A DNA stretch of 64,000 nucleotides. Source: an uncultured Fibrobacterota bacterium. Lineage in GTDB: Bacteria; Fibrobacterota; Chitinivibrionia; Chitinivibrionales; FEN-1185. The stretch spans positions 160,001-224,000 of the forward strand of contig CAVWBU010000049.1 of NCBI GenBank assembly GCA_963753345.1, given 5' to 3'. Both the position numbers and the translations under genes were made by a program. A model generated the notes under the pieces. The model was not told the origin of the DNA and made no database searches. It saw only the letters and a list, made by a program, of their open reading frames with translations. The stretch's first letter is position 1. Each line of letters opens with the position of its first letter. Positions 8,832 through 19,313 of the stretch are shown here, piece after piece.

Positions 8832-10463
8832 ATGAATCCAACAAAATTATTGTTCCTGGCGCTTTTTCAATTGGGCCTGATTTCGTTTGTTTTGGGACAG
8901 ACGGTCAATATCACCGGCACCGTCACGGACCAAAACAGCAAAAAAGTGGTGGGCGCCGGCGTCAAATTAAAGAACCTGGCGCTCAGAACCGTAACGGACA
9001 CAGCCGGTCACTTTGCTTTTTCCGTGGCCGCTGCAGGTATTGCAAAAACGCCGCCTGCCTATGTCATGCCGTTTTTTTCAGGCAATTTTCTTAACTTTAC
9101 CGTCGCAAAGAATAACGACCGTGTTTTGGTGGAAACGTTCGATTGCAAAGGGAGATGTGTCCGTGTGGCGCTTGACAGGGCGATGCAAGCCGGAACGTAC
9201 AAGACCCTGCCGTTTCCCGCTGGTTTTTCGTCGCAGATATACCTATGCCGGGTGACAATAGGAAACACCGTGTCTCGCCTTTTGAAAACGCCTCTTATGG
9301 GCAAATCCATTGGAGAAGGTTCCGGTGCCTGCTTGAGCAAGCAATCCACGCAAACGTATTTGGCCAAGCGAGCCGCTGCCGTGGATACATTAATAGTCAC
9401 CCGTTCGGGATATGCCACCCAGAGGCAGCCATTGGATTCGTATGTCGGCACCTTTCCCATTACGCTACAGTGGGCGATTTCGGTTGTCACGGACCTGGAC
9501 TCCTACCAGGGCATCGATAACCCGATGTACGTCACTGCCTGGGACCTCTCCCTTTCCACCGCAACGACGGTTTCCGCCACTATCGCTTCAACCACGTATC
9601 CGACGCCCATCGCCCTGACGCTGGCAAAAGACACGAGCAACCCGGGGAGCTTCACGGGCGCCGTCAATTTCACCGTAAGCAAGGCCACTACGCTCGGTGA
9701 CACGGTTCGCGTAACGGACGGCGACACGGTCACGGTCTCCTATGTGAAGGCCGGGGTCGTGGCGGCTTTTGCAAAAGCGGTGTGGGCCGCCCTGGCGCCG
9801 AGCGTACGGCCCAGCGTATCGATTTACCTCGGACTCCGGAACCTCATCAACATCAACGCCGATGACCACAATATTACCGATGACTCGATCACCATTCACC
9901 TGTCTTCCCATAAGGACACGGTGGGCATTAACGTTGTTCTGTACGCCATTCCCGGATCGCCCGGCTCGTATTCGGGATCGGTTTACCCTTCGTTGACACA
10001 GTCAACTCCGGGCAAGGTTATTGCGGTGCGGCCGCCGATCGATACCTTGACCACTGTTTATCAGAGCCCGGCGCTCCATTATCCGATAGTAAGCTCCGCA
10101 CTTCAAGGCACCGCGCTGCTGTGGAAATGCAATCAGGTATCCATCATGCCCGATTCGATCGGGACCGGGTATCACGGCACGTCCAGCAAAATGAAGATTG
10201 CCATGGAAAACGACCACATCGTGGCCAACTCGGTGAACGTCAACGTGAAGAGCAAAAAGGACCCCACGGGCATTACCGTGCCCCTGGCCGTAACCGACAC
10301 GTCGTTCATCTTCAAGGGGACGGTCGGGTTCACCACGGGAGCCTCGGACCCTGCCGCAATGACGATTTCGGTCGCGGGCAGCGACACGGTCACCTTATTG
10401 TACTATGACCCGATCGTGGTCCCGCCGCAGACCGACAGCGTCAAGGTGACCTGGAATCAGTAA
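8832..10463 (+). CDS. Secreted multi-domain beta-rich protein (carboxypeptidase-regulatory-like N-terminus, internal CTD-like segment, three Ig-like repeats)
   Basis: Signal peptide; ITGTVTDQ..GAGV; three repeats resembling 'G.F.G.V.F...DTVT..Y'. Confidence 0.8.
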   Translation: MNPTKLLFLALFQLGLISFVLGQTVNITGTVTDQNSKKVVGAGVKLKNLALRTVTDTAGHFAFSVAAAGIAKTPPAYVMPFFSGNFLNFTVAKNNDRVLVETFDCKGRCVRVALDRAMQAGTYKTLPFPAGFSSQIYLCRVTIGNTVSRLLKTPLMGKSIGEGSGACLSKQSTQTYLAKRAAAVDTLIVTRSGYATQRQPLDSYVGTFPITLQWAISVVTDLDSYQGIDNPMYVTAWDLSLSTATTVSATIASTTYPTPIALTLAKDTSNPGSFTGAVNFTVSKATTLGDTVRVTDGDTVTVSYVKAGVVAAFAKAVWAALAPSVRPSVSIYLGLRNLININADDHNITDDSITIHLSSHKDTVGINVVLYAIPGSPGSYSGSVYPSLTQSTPGKVIAVRPPIDTLTTVYQSPALHYPIVSSALQGTALLWKCNQVSIMPDSIGTGYHGTSSKMKIAMENDHIVANSVNVNVKSKKDPTGITVPLAVTDTSFIFKGTVGFTTGASDPAAMTISVAGSDTVTLLYYDPIVVPPQTDSVKVTWNQ

Positions 10464-10568
10464 ACGGCGGAAGGGTGCGATTGTCAATACGTCGTCGCTG
10501 GACATGCGGCGGAGAGGAACGCGGGCGATTCACTGACAGATAGTGCAAAGTCTGAAAATTATCTTTTC

Positions 10569-10619
10569 CCGCCCTGGTAACTACTGATTGAAGTGTTGCC
10601 GGGGCGGTTCTATTTTTTT
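10569..10619 (+). terminator. Probable intrinsic terminator after 8832-10463
   Basis: CCGCCCTGGTAAC..GTTGCCGGGGCGG stem followed by a T-tract. Confidence 0.55.
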
Positions 10620-10912
10620 CTTGACAATGAATTCCAGTCAGATTCCGAATGAGTCTTCGCCGGATGAAGTGCACCAGGGGTAGGGGAAGCCGGAGGGAGG
10701 GATTTGTTTCATATCATTTATTGAACTTCTGTTAGTTGCGTGATTCCTTGGTGCACATAACAGGTGGTCTCATAGTGGGTGATGAGGAATGCAGTTTATA
10801 CCAACGTTCCACGCACCGCCCGCCGTGCCCGCCTACAATCTCGCCAACCGACGGAAGCCACGACGGAGTCTTCGACATGACTGGCTGACATGACGGGCGC
10901 ATGTAGAATATT

Positions 10913-11833
10913 TTAAGCAACTAAAGACGAATACTCGTGTTTTACCTGAAGATAAAAATCGAGCATTTCGCCATTGATTTTCTTTTTTGCGGGGTTCAGG
11001 CGAAGGAAGGAAGATGTTTTGAAAAGGGAATTGTGATCTAACCGATGTTCAATGAGGGTGCAATATTCCGGATCAATTTCAATTCCGATACTATGCCGAC
11101 CAGCTTTCATGGCTGCCAGCATGCTTGTACCTGACCCGCAAAAGGGATCAACAACAACGTCACCAACAAAAGAAAACATTCTGACTAATCGGTCAGCAAG
11201 TTCCAAAGGGTAGGGTGCCGGATGCTCTCGCGTCGATTCGCCGGTAATATTCCAAATTTGACTGAACCATAAGTCAAATTTATCCTTAGGAATCATGCTT
11301 AATTTTCTTTGAATTTCTGAAGGCTGCCTGTAGCCCCCGGGTTTCCTTTGCATGAGAATAAATTCAATGTCATTCTTAATTATTGCATTTGGTTCATAAG
11401 GTTTTCCGAGAAATTTTGCACTGGTGTTCGCTTCGAATTTGGCATTAGAAATTTTGTGCCAAATAATAGGATTCAAATTGTCGAGGCCAATTTTTCTGCA
11501 GATTACTTGAATGTCAGCATGTAAAGGCATTACTAGATGTCTACCATTTTCTCTTCTCGAAAGACAAACGTCCCCAACAACACATACCAACCTGCCTCCG
11601 GGAACCAGAATGCGGTAGACTTCTTTCCAGACACGGGACAATTCTTTCAGAAATTCTTCATAATCGTTAATATGGCCCATTTGTGCTGGACTATCATTAT
11701 AACGTTTGAGATTCCAATAAGGGGGAGACGTGATTACCAAATGCACGGATTCATCATTAACGAAAGACAAGTCTCGAGCATCACCGTTAATCAGGCAGTG
11801 CGAGGTATGGATTTCATTAACTGTCTTTTGCAT
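10913..11833 (-). CDS. Site-specific DNA methyltransferase, beta-class N4/N6 family
   Basis: Catalytic TSPPY precedes HPAPYP and SAM-binding DPFCGSGT; GGAG RBS lies in the end of the REase gene. Confidence 0.92.
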   Translation of the reverse strand: MQKTVNEIHTSHCLINGDARDLSFVNDESVHLVITSPPYWNLKRYNDSPAQMGHINDYEEFLKELSRVWKEVYRILVPGGRLVCVVGDVCLSRRENGRHLVMPLHADIQVICRKIGLDNLNPIIWHKISNAKFEANTSAKFLGKPYEPNAIIKNDIEFILMQRKPGGYRQPSEIQRKLSMIPKDKFDLWFSQIWNITGESTREHPAPYPLELADRLVRMFSFVGDVVVDPFCGSGTSMLAAMKAGRHSIGIEIDPEYCTLIEHRLDHNSLFKTSSFLRLNPAKKKINGEMLDFYLQVKHEYSSLVA

Positions 11834-11834
11834 A

Positions 11835-12563
11835 CTATTTATCTCCATATGCGGTCAATTGACCAATCATTGACCGAACAAACATTTCAAAATTTAGGTC
11901 GGCAGCAGGTTCCTTATATTCGCCCTTCATTCCACTCGTTTTCGATGAAAGTAAAAACGATGATGCTGTATAATGCCTTTCTCTGACAAGTTTTCTGCAG
12001 AATAGTTCATACCGTTTCGCGTACGAGGCATTTACAAATTCGGGAAAAACCTTAAAATGCGGCTCTTGAACTTTTACCGGTCTATTGGAATTTCCACAAT
12101 CTTCGAGCATGAAAAAATATCCGAGCCAAGGCTTGATTGTGGAGTTGAATGCCCCTTCACGGTATGCTGTCCACAAGTCGAGGGCGCTCCCCATGGCCTC
12201 TTCTGTACGGTTATTAAAGTTGTTTCCAAAAGAAGGTCCGACCTGAGATTTTGCTTCAAGTGCGAGGAGAAGTTGACCTTTTTTGACAACAAGTAAATCC
12301 CATTCTTTCGTAGGCCGAAAGAATCCCGGAAGTTGTAAAAATTGGTTATGGTAAATACAGCGAGAAGAAATACCAGTTTCAGAAATTATTTCGGTAAGAA
12401 AATTAATTATGCCATCCATTTGCGCGCCACCAGTCACTGCACTGCGTGCACCTTGATCGCTGTTACCCTGATTTTTCTGCTTTTTACTCTGATCTTCACG
12501 AGTTTGCCAATAAAAGGCTATTGCTTTCGTTAGCCTGCCTTGCAAGTCAGTGATATTTATCAT
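11835..12563 (-). CDS. PaeR7I/XhoI-family type II restriction endonuclease
   Basis: R.AVTGG.QMDG, LPGFFRPTKEWDLLV, EAKSQVGPSFGNNFNNRTEEA motifs; coupled to an MTase gene. Confidence 0.88.
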   Translation of the reverse strand: MINITDLQGRLTKAIAFYWQTREDQSKKQKNQGNSDQGARSAVTGGAQMDGIINFLTEIISETGISSRCIYHNQFLQLPGFFRPTKEWDLLVVKKGQLLLALEAKSQVGPSFGNNFNNRTEEAMGSALDLWTAYREGAFNSTIKPWLGYFFMLEDCGNSNRPVKVQEPHFKVFPEFVNASYAKRYELFCRKLVRERHYTASSFLLSSKTSGMKGEYKEPAADLNFEMFVRSMIGQLTAYGDK

Positions 12564-12661
12564 TATTTAATTGCTCCTGTATCACTAAAATAAATCGAAG
12601 TGAGTTTTTTCGCAGAATAATTTTCAGATTGGTTGCCATTCATTAGCATCCACACATAAAA

Positions 12662-15129
12662 TTACCTCACCACCACAAACCTCCCCGTCACCACCCTTCC
12701 CCCCGCACTAACCTCACAAACATACTCTCCATCCGCCACCCGTTTCGAATACCTTTCACACAGATCCCAGAAAATGCAATGGCTACCTGCTCCCAGCTCT
12801 TCACGGCCAAGATTCTTCACCAAGTTTCCTCTTGCATCATAAATTGAAATGGAGACTTTCCCGCTGTTCGCAACCGTAAAGGAGATTTCTATTCGGGTGC
12901 TCAGCGGATTCCTTTTTACAATCAGCTTGGTTTGATTAAAAAGAAAATTCGCACTCTTGTTATTGACAACTGCTGTCGAAATCTCGCCGTACGCGTAACC
13001 CGATCCTGAAAATCCGGCATACACCTTGCCATAGGTGTTCATGTCGCCCGAAATGGTTTTTATCATATCAAGACTGCCGAGCGGCCAATCGCAGATCTGT
13101 GTCCAGTTCTGGCCCTGGTTGTCCGAGCGCCAGATGCCGTAAACATTGCTGACCCAGCCGCAAATGTAAATGGCAGGATAGCCGCCTGTGGCCGCAGGCG
13201 CGCCGAAGCCGAAGCACCACGCTTCAAGAACATTCGGAACAGCGGTCCAGGTCGCGCCGCCGTCTGTGGAGTGCATGAACGGCTCGCTTGCCGGATGAGG
13301 ATCACCGCTGCCGCCCTGCGGGCCGCCGGTAAAGAACAGGTGGCCTGTCTGGCCCGGCACGGCCTTGAGTTCCGCGTTGTAGCTTGACCACGGGGTTATT
13401 TCGCCTGTGTGAACAAGTGTCCAGGTCGCGGCGCTGTCTGTTGATTTGTAAACGCCCTTGAGGTAATTGTATAGGTAGAAGGTGCCGATGGTCACCCTGT
13501 CTGCGGCAACGATGTGGCGGTTGAGATAATAGGCAAAGCCCCAGCCGGTCTCGCCCGTGGTTGCCGCGCCGGGAGCATTCACCGCTGTCCAGGTTGTTCC
13601 GCCGTTTTTGGTGTAGTAGGGGACAAGGTTGTTCTCCGGCACCCAGACAATGTTGTTCGGAGATGCAGCGGCGATGGAGCCGCCCTCACCCTCATTTGAC
13701 GGATGCGCGGCAAAGGTGTGCCAGGTTTGCCCGTTGTCATTGGAATAGCCTGATTTCTCCACCGCGCCCCAATTGAAAAGGCCGGCGATGAACGCAGGGT
13801 TGCTCGACGCCCAGTCAAGCGCCCAGCCCGCGACAATCGCGTTCTGATTGTCGGGACCATGCGTTGAAGGATATACGTCGGGATCGTTGACATAAAAGAC
13901 CGGCCGGTCCCACGAAGCGACAACCGGTTTTCTGCCCGGAGGGGAGACAATTTCGTTGGCGACCAGTTGTTCTATGCCGGCACTCTGCGAGTTCCAGACA
14001 ACTCCCATGTCCCACGTCTGGGTTGTTGAAAGGTTCGTATACCAGACGCCGATTCCTTCCGAGAAAAAGAGCTTGTTGGAGACCAGAGGGATCAAAGATC
14101 ATGTTGCCGTTCGACATGTAGCTTTCGTTGGTCCATGCCAGCCAGGGAACATCGGTCGCCACTCTGGTTTGAGGATGGGCTGTTGACCCCCAGATCGTTC
14201 CGCTCCACGTTGCGCCCCGGTCAAGCGATTGGTCAAGGTAACCTCCGTCGCTGCCCGTTATCACGCGGGCAGGGTTTGACGGATCCACCGCGACCGTGTG
14301 CCATCCGCCCGAGGCGTTGATGTTGGTCCAGGCGCCGGCCGCGCACTTCCATGCAGCGGTCCCGTCTGCCGCATAGTACACGCCGTCGCCTGCGACGATC
14401 GCATTATTCACCGTTGTCGGGCCGCCTGTTGTTTTTGTAAAGCTGGCGCCGGCATTTGCGGAAACATACACGCCGTTGCCCCAGCTGCAAATGTAAACCG
14501 TGTTCGTTTTTCCGGCAGTGGTGCCGGAAGTCAGGATCAAACGCGATGCCGGTGATGCCGCCTGCTCCGCCAAGGGGAATCGTGGCCACCTGCGCCCAGG
14601 CGGCGCCGCCATTGGACGTGTACCACACGCCGTTGAGCGTGGTGCCGGCATAGACCACATCGGGATTCGCCGGGTCGATCGCCATTTTCTGGCCATTGAT
14701 GCGGTAGTTGTCATTGGCGTCACAGCCGCTAACTGTTGCAAAGGCGGTTTTGGACCATGTCGATCCCTTGTTGTCGCTCCTGTAAACGCTGCCGTTATAT
14801 ATCATGTAAAGACGGTTGGAATTTCCCGGCGCGATTCTTATCTCGTAAACGCCCGCGGCGTTGTAGACCGTCACATCCGCGGCGGGCATGCTGGTCGAGG
14901 TGACCAGTTGCTGCCACTGGGTCCCGTTCCACAGGTATGCGCCGTAGGTGTCGGCGCGGACCACTTTGGTGCCGTCCGGCGCGATGTCCATGCCGACCAG
15001 CCAGCCGCCAGCGCCGATTCTGAGTGGCTGCCAGGTGTAGGAGAATGCGGCATAGGCTTGGGTAAGGGTTGATGACAAGAGAAGAAGGAAAATGAGCTGC
15101 GCTTTCATGCAAGGAAGGTACTTTTTCAT
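12662..15129 (-). pseudogene. GH74-like (xyloglucanase-type BNR beta-propeller) secreted protein with CTD, interrupted by two +1 frameshifts (~14532, ~14086); possibly intact in vivo
   Basis: Signal peptide, WQPLRIGAGG, RADTYGAY, SxDxGxTW repeats and CTD 'ISIYDARGNLV..DGEYV' spread over three overlapping ORFs. Confidence 0.85.
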
Positions 15130-15299
15130 ATCATAGCCACCTTATGTTTTTGATTTCTCTTCGTATTCCTCTCTGAACATGGTGTGGTTCCCAGTTTCAC
15201 GTGGTCGAGGAAACTTCCTGTTCCCGCGCCCGGTCAGTTTTCATGATTTGCTTTCAACTTCCAACTTTCAACCTTTAACCTCTTCCCGCATCCACCCCC

Positions 15300-16148
15300 T
15301 CAACCCATCAACAACTTCCATCCTTCATCCAGCGCCAGTGCAGCAAGACCGCAGAGCATTTCGTATTTGATAAGAGAGGAAATCCGTGCGGCAGACTTTT
15401 CCCAGTCCGATTTGTAAAACAGCAGGGACCAGCGGACATGCAGGGGGACAACGGTTGCCAGGCAAATTGCCGCGTACACCATGCCGAAGTCGCGGGAGAG
15501 AAAGGGCACGGTAACAAGAATTGCGTAGAGCAGGCCGCACACGGCAACCACCGCGGTGAGCAGCCGGCGGGAGAGCGCCGCCGAGGTGACGTATCCTGCC
15601 GCGGCGTCGCCCTGCCTGTCCTGGACGTCCTTGACGATTTCGCGCGGCAGGTTGAGCAGAAACGCGAGCGCCGCCGGCGCGATCAGGCGGTGCAGGCCGG
15701 GACCCAAGAGCCCGCCAAAGATAATGCCGTAGGCGACAAGCAGGCTCACCAGGACATTGCCCGCAAGCGGGGTTGCTTTGAAAAACAGGGCATAGGCGAG
15801 CAGTAGACAAAGGGGAACAACGGCGCCAGCGCCGTGGGGAATGGAGACCGCGAATGCGGCGGCAGCGGAGGTCGCGGCAAGGACCGTCGCATAGACAACG
15901 GCGGCATTTTTCTTTATCGCCCCGGACGCCAGCGGCCTACCGGGATGGCTTATCCTGTCGGTTACGATGTCGGCGATGTCGTTGACCACGTTGCCGAACC
16001 CCGCGGCGGCCGCCGCTGCGAGCGCGAGAAGGGCAAGCGCCGTCACGCCGCCGGGCGCGGACGCAAGCCAGAACCCCAGGGCCACGCCGAGCGCGAGCAT
16101 GAGCAGGTTTACGGGCCGCAGAATTCGTACAAAGGCCGCAGGTCTCAT
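15300..16148 (-). CDS. UbiA-family prenyltransferase (DGGGP synthase-like)
   Basis: RILRP.N, GNVVNDIADIVTDRISHPGRPL.SG, REIVKDVQDRQGD; hydrophobic. Confidence 0.88.
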   Translation of the reverse strand: MRPAAFVRILRPVNLLMLALGVALGFWLASAPGGVTALALLALAAAAAAGFGNVVNDIADIVTDRISHPGRPLASGAIKKNAAVVYATVLAATSAAAAFAVSIPHGAGAVVPLCLLLAYALFFKATPLAGNVLVSLLVAYGIIFGGLLGPGLHRLIAPAALAFLLNLPREIVKDVQDRQGDAAAGYVTSAALSRRLLTAVVAVCGLLYAILVTVPFLSRDFGMVYAAICLATVVPLHVRWSLLFYKSDWEKSAARISSLIKYEMLCGLAALALDEGWKLLMG

Positions 16149-16302
16149 GACAACCTTTGCCTGTTGAAAAAAAATTCGGATGACAAGCGATGATTTATTT
16201 TCTGTGACGAGATTTTTCAGTGTCACGCTGCCCCGGACACGTTCGTTGACATCAATATACGATTATTCCGCATGGAGTTGCGCTACAATTTCGGAGGAAA
16301 CC

Positions 16303-16833
16303 GTGCCGCTCAAGATCGAAAAGAAATGGCTCCTGTTTGTCATCGTGACCGTTGTCGGGTTCAGCCTTGACATGTTCACCAAGCAGCTTGCCGTCACGCA
16401 TTTGAGGGTCGGCATGCCGGTCAACGTAATCGGCCCGTACGCGCAGTTTCTGCTCGTCTTCAACAAGGCCGCCATCTGGGGCTTTGATCCCCGCACGCTG
16501 GTGCCATGGTTCCCGCTCAACGGTTTTTTCACGGTCTTTACCGCCGTTGCGGCAGTGGTGATAGTATTGTACTACGTGACGCTCAAGAAGTCCGACGTCC
16601 TGATGCAGTGGGGCATTTCGCTGGTGATGCCGGGTGCGCTCGGAAATTTGTGGGACCGGGTGATGCACGCAAGGCTCGGCGTGGTCGACTTTGTACGGCT
16701 CGGCATTTCCGACAACATCTACTGGGCCATCTTCAACATGGCCGACGCCTATGTCACCATCGGGGTTGCGCTCATGCTGCTCAATTTTGTGCTGGAAGGC
16801 AGGAGAGCGAAGAAGTTGAAAGTTCAAAGTTGA
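16303..16833 (+). CDS. lspA: Lipoprotein signal peptidase II
   Basis: D..TK, N.AAIWG, GALGNLWDR, VVDF, FNMAD; GGAGG RBS with GTG start. Confidence 0.92.
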   Translation: MPLKIEKKWLLFVIVTVVGFSLDMFTKQLAVTHLRVGMPVNVIGPYAQFLLVFNKAAIWGFDPRTLVPWFPLNGFFTVFTAVAAVVIVLYYVTLKKSDVLMQWGISLVMPGALGNLWDRVMHARLGVVDFVRLGISDNIYWAIFNMADAYVTIGVALMLLNFVLEGRRAKKLKVQS

Positions 16834-16888
16834 GAGTTGAAAGCAGGACTCAGAAAGACCGTACGTTCCACAATCTGGAATCTGGAAT

Positions 16889-17890
16889 TTGAACCCTGAA
16901 ACAAATTCTGTTCACCTGACCGCCGGACCCGAAGCTTCCGGCAAGCGGCTTGACGTTTTTCTCGCCAGCAGTCTTTCATCCTTTTCCCGCGCAAAGGTCC
17001 AGCGCATCATCGAAAACGGGCGCGTGCTCCATAACGGCAGAATCGCGGTCAAAAAGACCCTGCTTGACACCGGCGACACGGTCGACATCGACCTGGCGGC
17101 TCTTCCCAACGACGGTCCTTCCATTCCTGTTCCGCAAGATATCCCGCTTGACATTCTGTACGAAGACGAGGTGTTGTGCGCCGTAAACAAGCCGGCGGGC
17201 ATGGTGGTGCATCCCGGCAGCGGCGTGAGGGAAGGGACGCTGGTCAACGCCCTGCTCCATCATGTCAAGAGCCTTTCGGCCGGGTGGGAGGCGGGCCGGC
17301 CCGGCATCGTGCACCGGCTCGACAAGGACACCTCGGGCGTTGTGCTCGCGGCAAAGACCGACGAAGCGCATGCCGCGCTTGGACGCATGTTTGCGCAGCG
17401 CGAAATACGCAAGGAGTACGTGGGCATCTGCGCTGGCAGGCGGCCCGCGGCCGAAGGAAGCATGCGCGAATCGCTGGGCAGGTCGCGCCGCAACCCCGTC
17501 AAGCGCTCGGTGCGCAGCGACGGCAAGGACGCGCTCACCGAGTATCGCCTTGCGGCGCACCATTGCGGCATTTCGGTGGTGCAATTTTTTCCCCGCACCG
17601 GCCGCACGCACCAGATCCGCGTGCACGCGAGCGCGGCCGGGTTCTCCATTGTTGCGGACCGGATGTACGGCGGGGGAGTGGACGCGGCTTCTCGTGTACC
17701 GCCGCTGTGCAGGCCCTTCGCGGCAAGCATTTGCAAATGCTTTGCCCGCCAGGCACTGCACGCGCGCCGCATCTCGTTTGTCCATCCGACAAAGGGCGTG
17801 GAGCTTTCCATTGCCGCGCCGTTTCCGGAGGACTTTACAAAGGCCTTAGGGTTGTTCAAAAAGGTGGGGGAGCCTGCAAACGGGCTGTAA
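16889..17890 (+). CDS. rluD: RluA-family pseudouridine synthase with S4 domain (RluD-like)
   Basis: RLD.FL, NKPAGMVVHP, IVHRLDKDTSG, TGRTHQIRVH, RQALHA; follows lspA. Confidence 0.9.
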   Translation: MNPETNSVHLTAGPEASGKRLDVFLASSLSSFSRAKVQRIIENGRVLHNGRIAVKKTLLDTGDTVDIDLAALPNDGPSIPVPQDIPLDILYEDEVLCAVNKPAGMVVHPGSGVREGTLVNALLHHVKSLSAGWEAGRPGIVHRLDKDTSGVVLAAKTDEAHAALGRMFAQREIRKEYVGICAGRRPAAEGSMRESLGRSRRNPVKRSVRSDGKDALTEYRLAAHHCGISVVQFFPRTGRTHQIRVHASAAGFSIVADRMYGGGVDAASRVPPLCRPFAASICKCFARQALHARRISFVHPTKGVELSIAAPFPEDFTKALGLFKKVGEPANGL

Positions 17891-17898
17891 GGCGCGCG

Positions 17899-18363
17899 CT
17901 ACTTTTCTTCCTGGCGCTGCTGTTCGATCTGCGATGCCGCGCGCTGGGTCCTTGCGCGCAGCCGCGCGCACAGTTTTCCGCATTTGGCGGGACATTTCTT
18001 CGAGATGTTGAGGAGAATCTGCCTGACAGCTTCGTAGTCTGCAGTCGCGTCGATATGAATCAGGACGAAATCGAGGAACGTTGAATCGGATGCCGCGAGC
18101 GCCTGCAATTCTGGAAGCGTCTCCCATTTCTTGACAAGGGTCTTGATGATTCCGGTTGAAAACGCCTCGGAGAAGTAGATGTTTTCGTCGCAGCGTTCGT
18201 ATGCCCGGTACACGCGGTAAATCACGGGCCACGAATACTCGATCCTCAGGGAATCCTGCGCCCGCACCGATCCCTTGCTGGCGCAGCTGAGCTGGCCTGC
18301 ATTAATTGGTATTGACGCAAGCGTGGTAATAAGCGCGGCGGATAATAGAATAATTCGTATCAA
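17899..18363 (-). CDS. Hypothetical secreted protein
   Basis: TTG start with GGAG RBS; signal-peptide-like N-terminus; several Cys. Confidence 0.65.
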   Translation of the reverse strand: MIRIILLSAALITTLASIPINAGQLSCASKGSVRAQDSLRIEYSWPVIYRVYRAYERCDENIYFSEAFSTGIIKTLVKKWETLPELQALAASDSTFLDFVLIHIDATADYEAVRQILLNISKKCPAKCGKLCARLRARTQRAASQIEQQRQEEK

Positions 18364-18390
18364 ACCCTATCTCCATTCAAGACAATTTTG

Positions 18391-18550
18391 GTGGGGGAGG
18401 TTTCCCCCTGCTTGCGGCCCTACGGTCCTCCAGCACCCCCTCTTGGGTGGCCCCCAAGTAAGTTGGTTGCGAGAAACATGCTTCTGCTGGGGGGCACCCA
18501 CGAAAAATAGTTGAGAAGTTGAGGAGGTGAGAAGTTGAAAAGTCGAGAAC
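18391..18550 (+). repeat. Structured intergenic repeat, arm A copy 1, plus AGTTGA tandem tract
   Basis: GGGTGGCCCCC..GGGGGCACCC stem; homologous to 21021, 53062 and 57846. Confidence 0.75.
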
Positions 18551-18645
18551 GAAAAAAATGTTTTTCCTGGTTCACGGCAGATGCCGATTGGCCCGAGAGG
18601 AAGAGCTTGACTGAACGGAAATCTGTTGTCGCGCGTTAGGGATTG

Positions 18646-19281
18646 TTAAGACCGCTCCGGCATGTTCGTAATCATTCCCCGCATCAGCAGGTACAGCATC
18701 ACGCCGGTAAACACGTGCCACAGAAAATGCGTGCCGCACGGCACACAGGGGCACAGGATGAGGTCTACGGTGCGGAAAGCGGCTGCTGCGGCAAAGGACA
18801 GCCAGGCGAAGAACAACGCAAACCTCTCCCGGAGGCACACTTGGTGATGGACGAATGCGAATGCAAGCAGGAGAACAAGGCTCGGCGCATAGGAGAGCGA
18901 CCCGTTGAGGATGCGGTGAAAGTGGCTCGAGAGCCCGAGCGCGGCGAGGAAGGCGACCAGCACGAAGATGGTCGCAGGCACGGTGAATCGTGCCACCGAC
19001 CGGCCGTACAGCCAGACAAAAGCGATCTCGAACAGGAAGATCGGTCCGGCATCGAATGCCAGCGCCCAGCCTGTGGCAAGCATGTGGAACAGCGCACTGC
19101 CCAGGCCGATGGCGACGATCAGCCAGACAAGCATCGTCACGCCGTGTGTTGACTTTGAGGAACGGTGAGCCAGACGCCACACCGCCCATGCGGCGGCGAG
19201 AATAACGAGATTGCTCGCGACGTTGAGGGGCTCGCCCAAAAGGCCTTGTGTTGTTCGTTCGCAGTATGCGGGAGGGATCAT
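18646..19281 (-). CDS. Ceramidase-domain (CREST family) membrane protein
   Basis: YCER...EPLN..SN, GLGSALFH, D..PI, GTHFLWH motifs. Confidence 0.85.
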   Translation of the reverse strand: MIPPAYCERTTQGLLGEPLNVASNLVILAAAWAVWRLAHRSSKSTHGVTMLVWLIVAIGLGSALFHMLATGWALAFDAGPIFLFEIAFVWLYGRSVARFTVPATIFVLVAFLAALGLSSHFHRILNGSLSYAPSLVLLLAFAFVHHQVCLRERFALFFAWLSFAAAAAFRTVDLILCPCVPCGTHFLWHVFTGVMLYLLMRGMITNMPERS

Positions 19282-19313
19282 GACGTTCCGGATGTTCCCG
19301 GCAGACGGCTTTC

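Noticed and set aside
10730..10912. Possible attC-like or recombination site downstream of the methyltransferase gene
   Set aside because: GTT/AAC words are present, but I could not form a convincing long imperfect hairpin or find a matching upstream site
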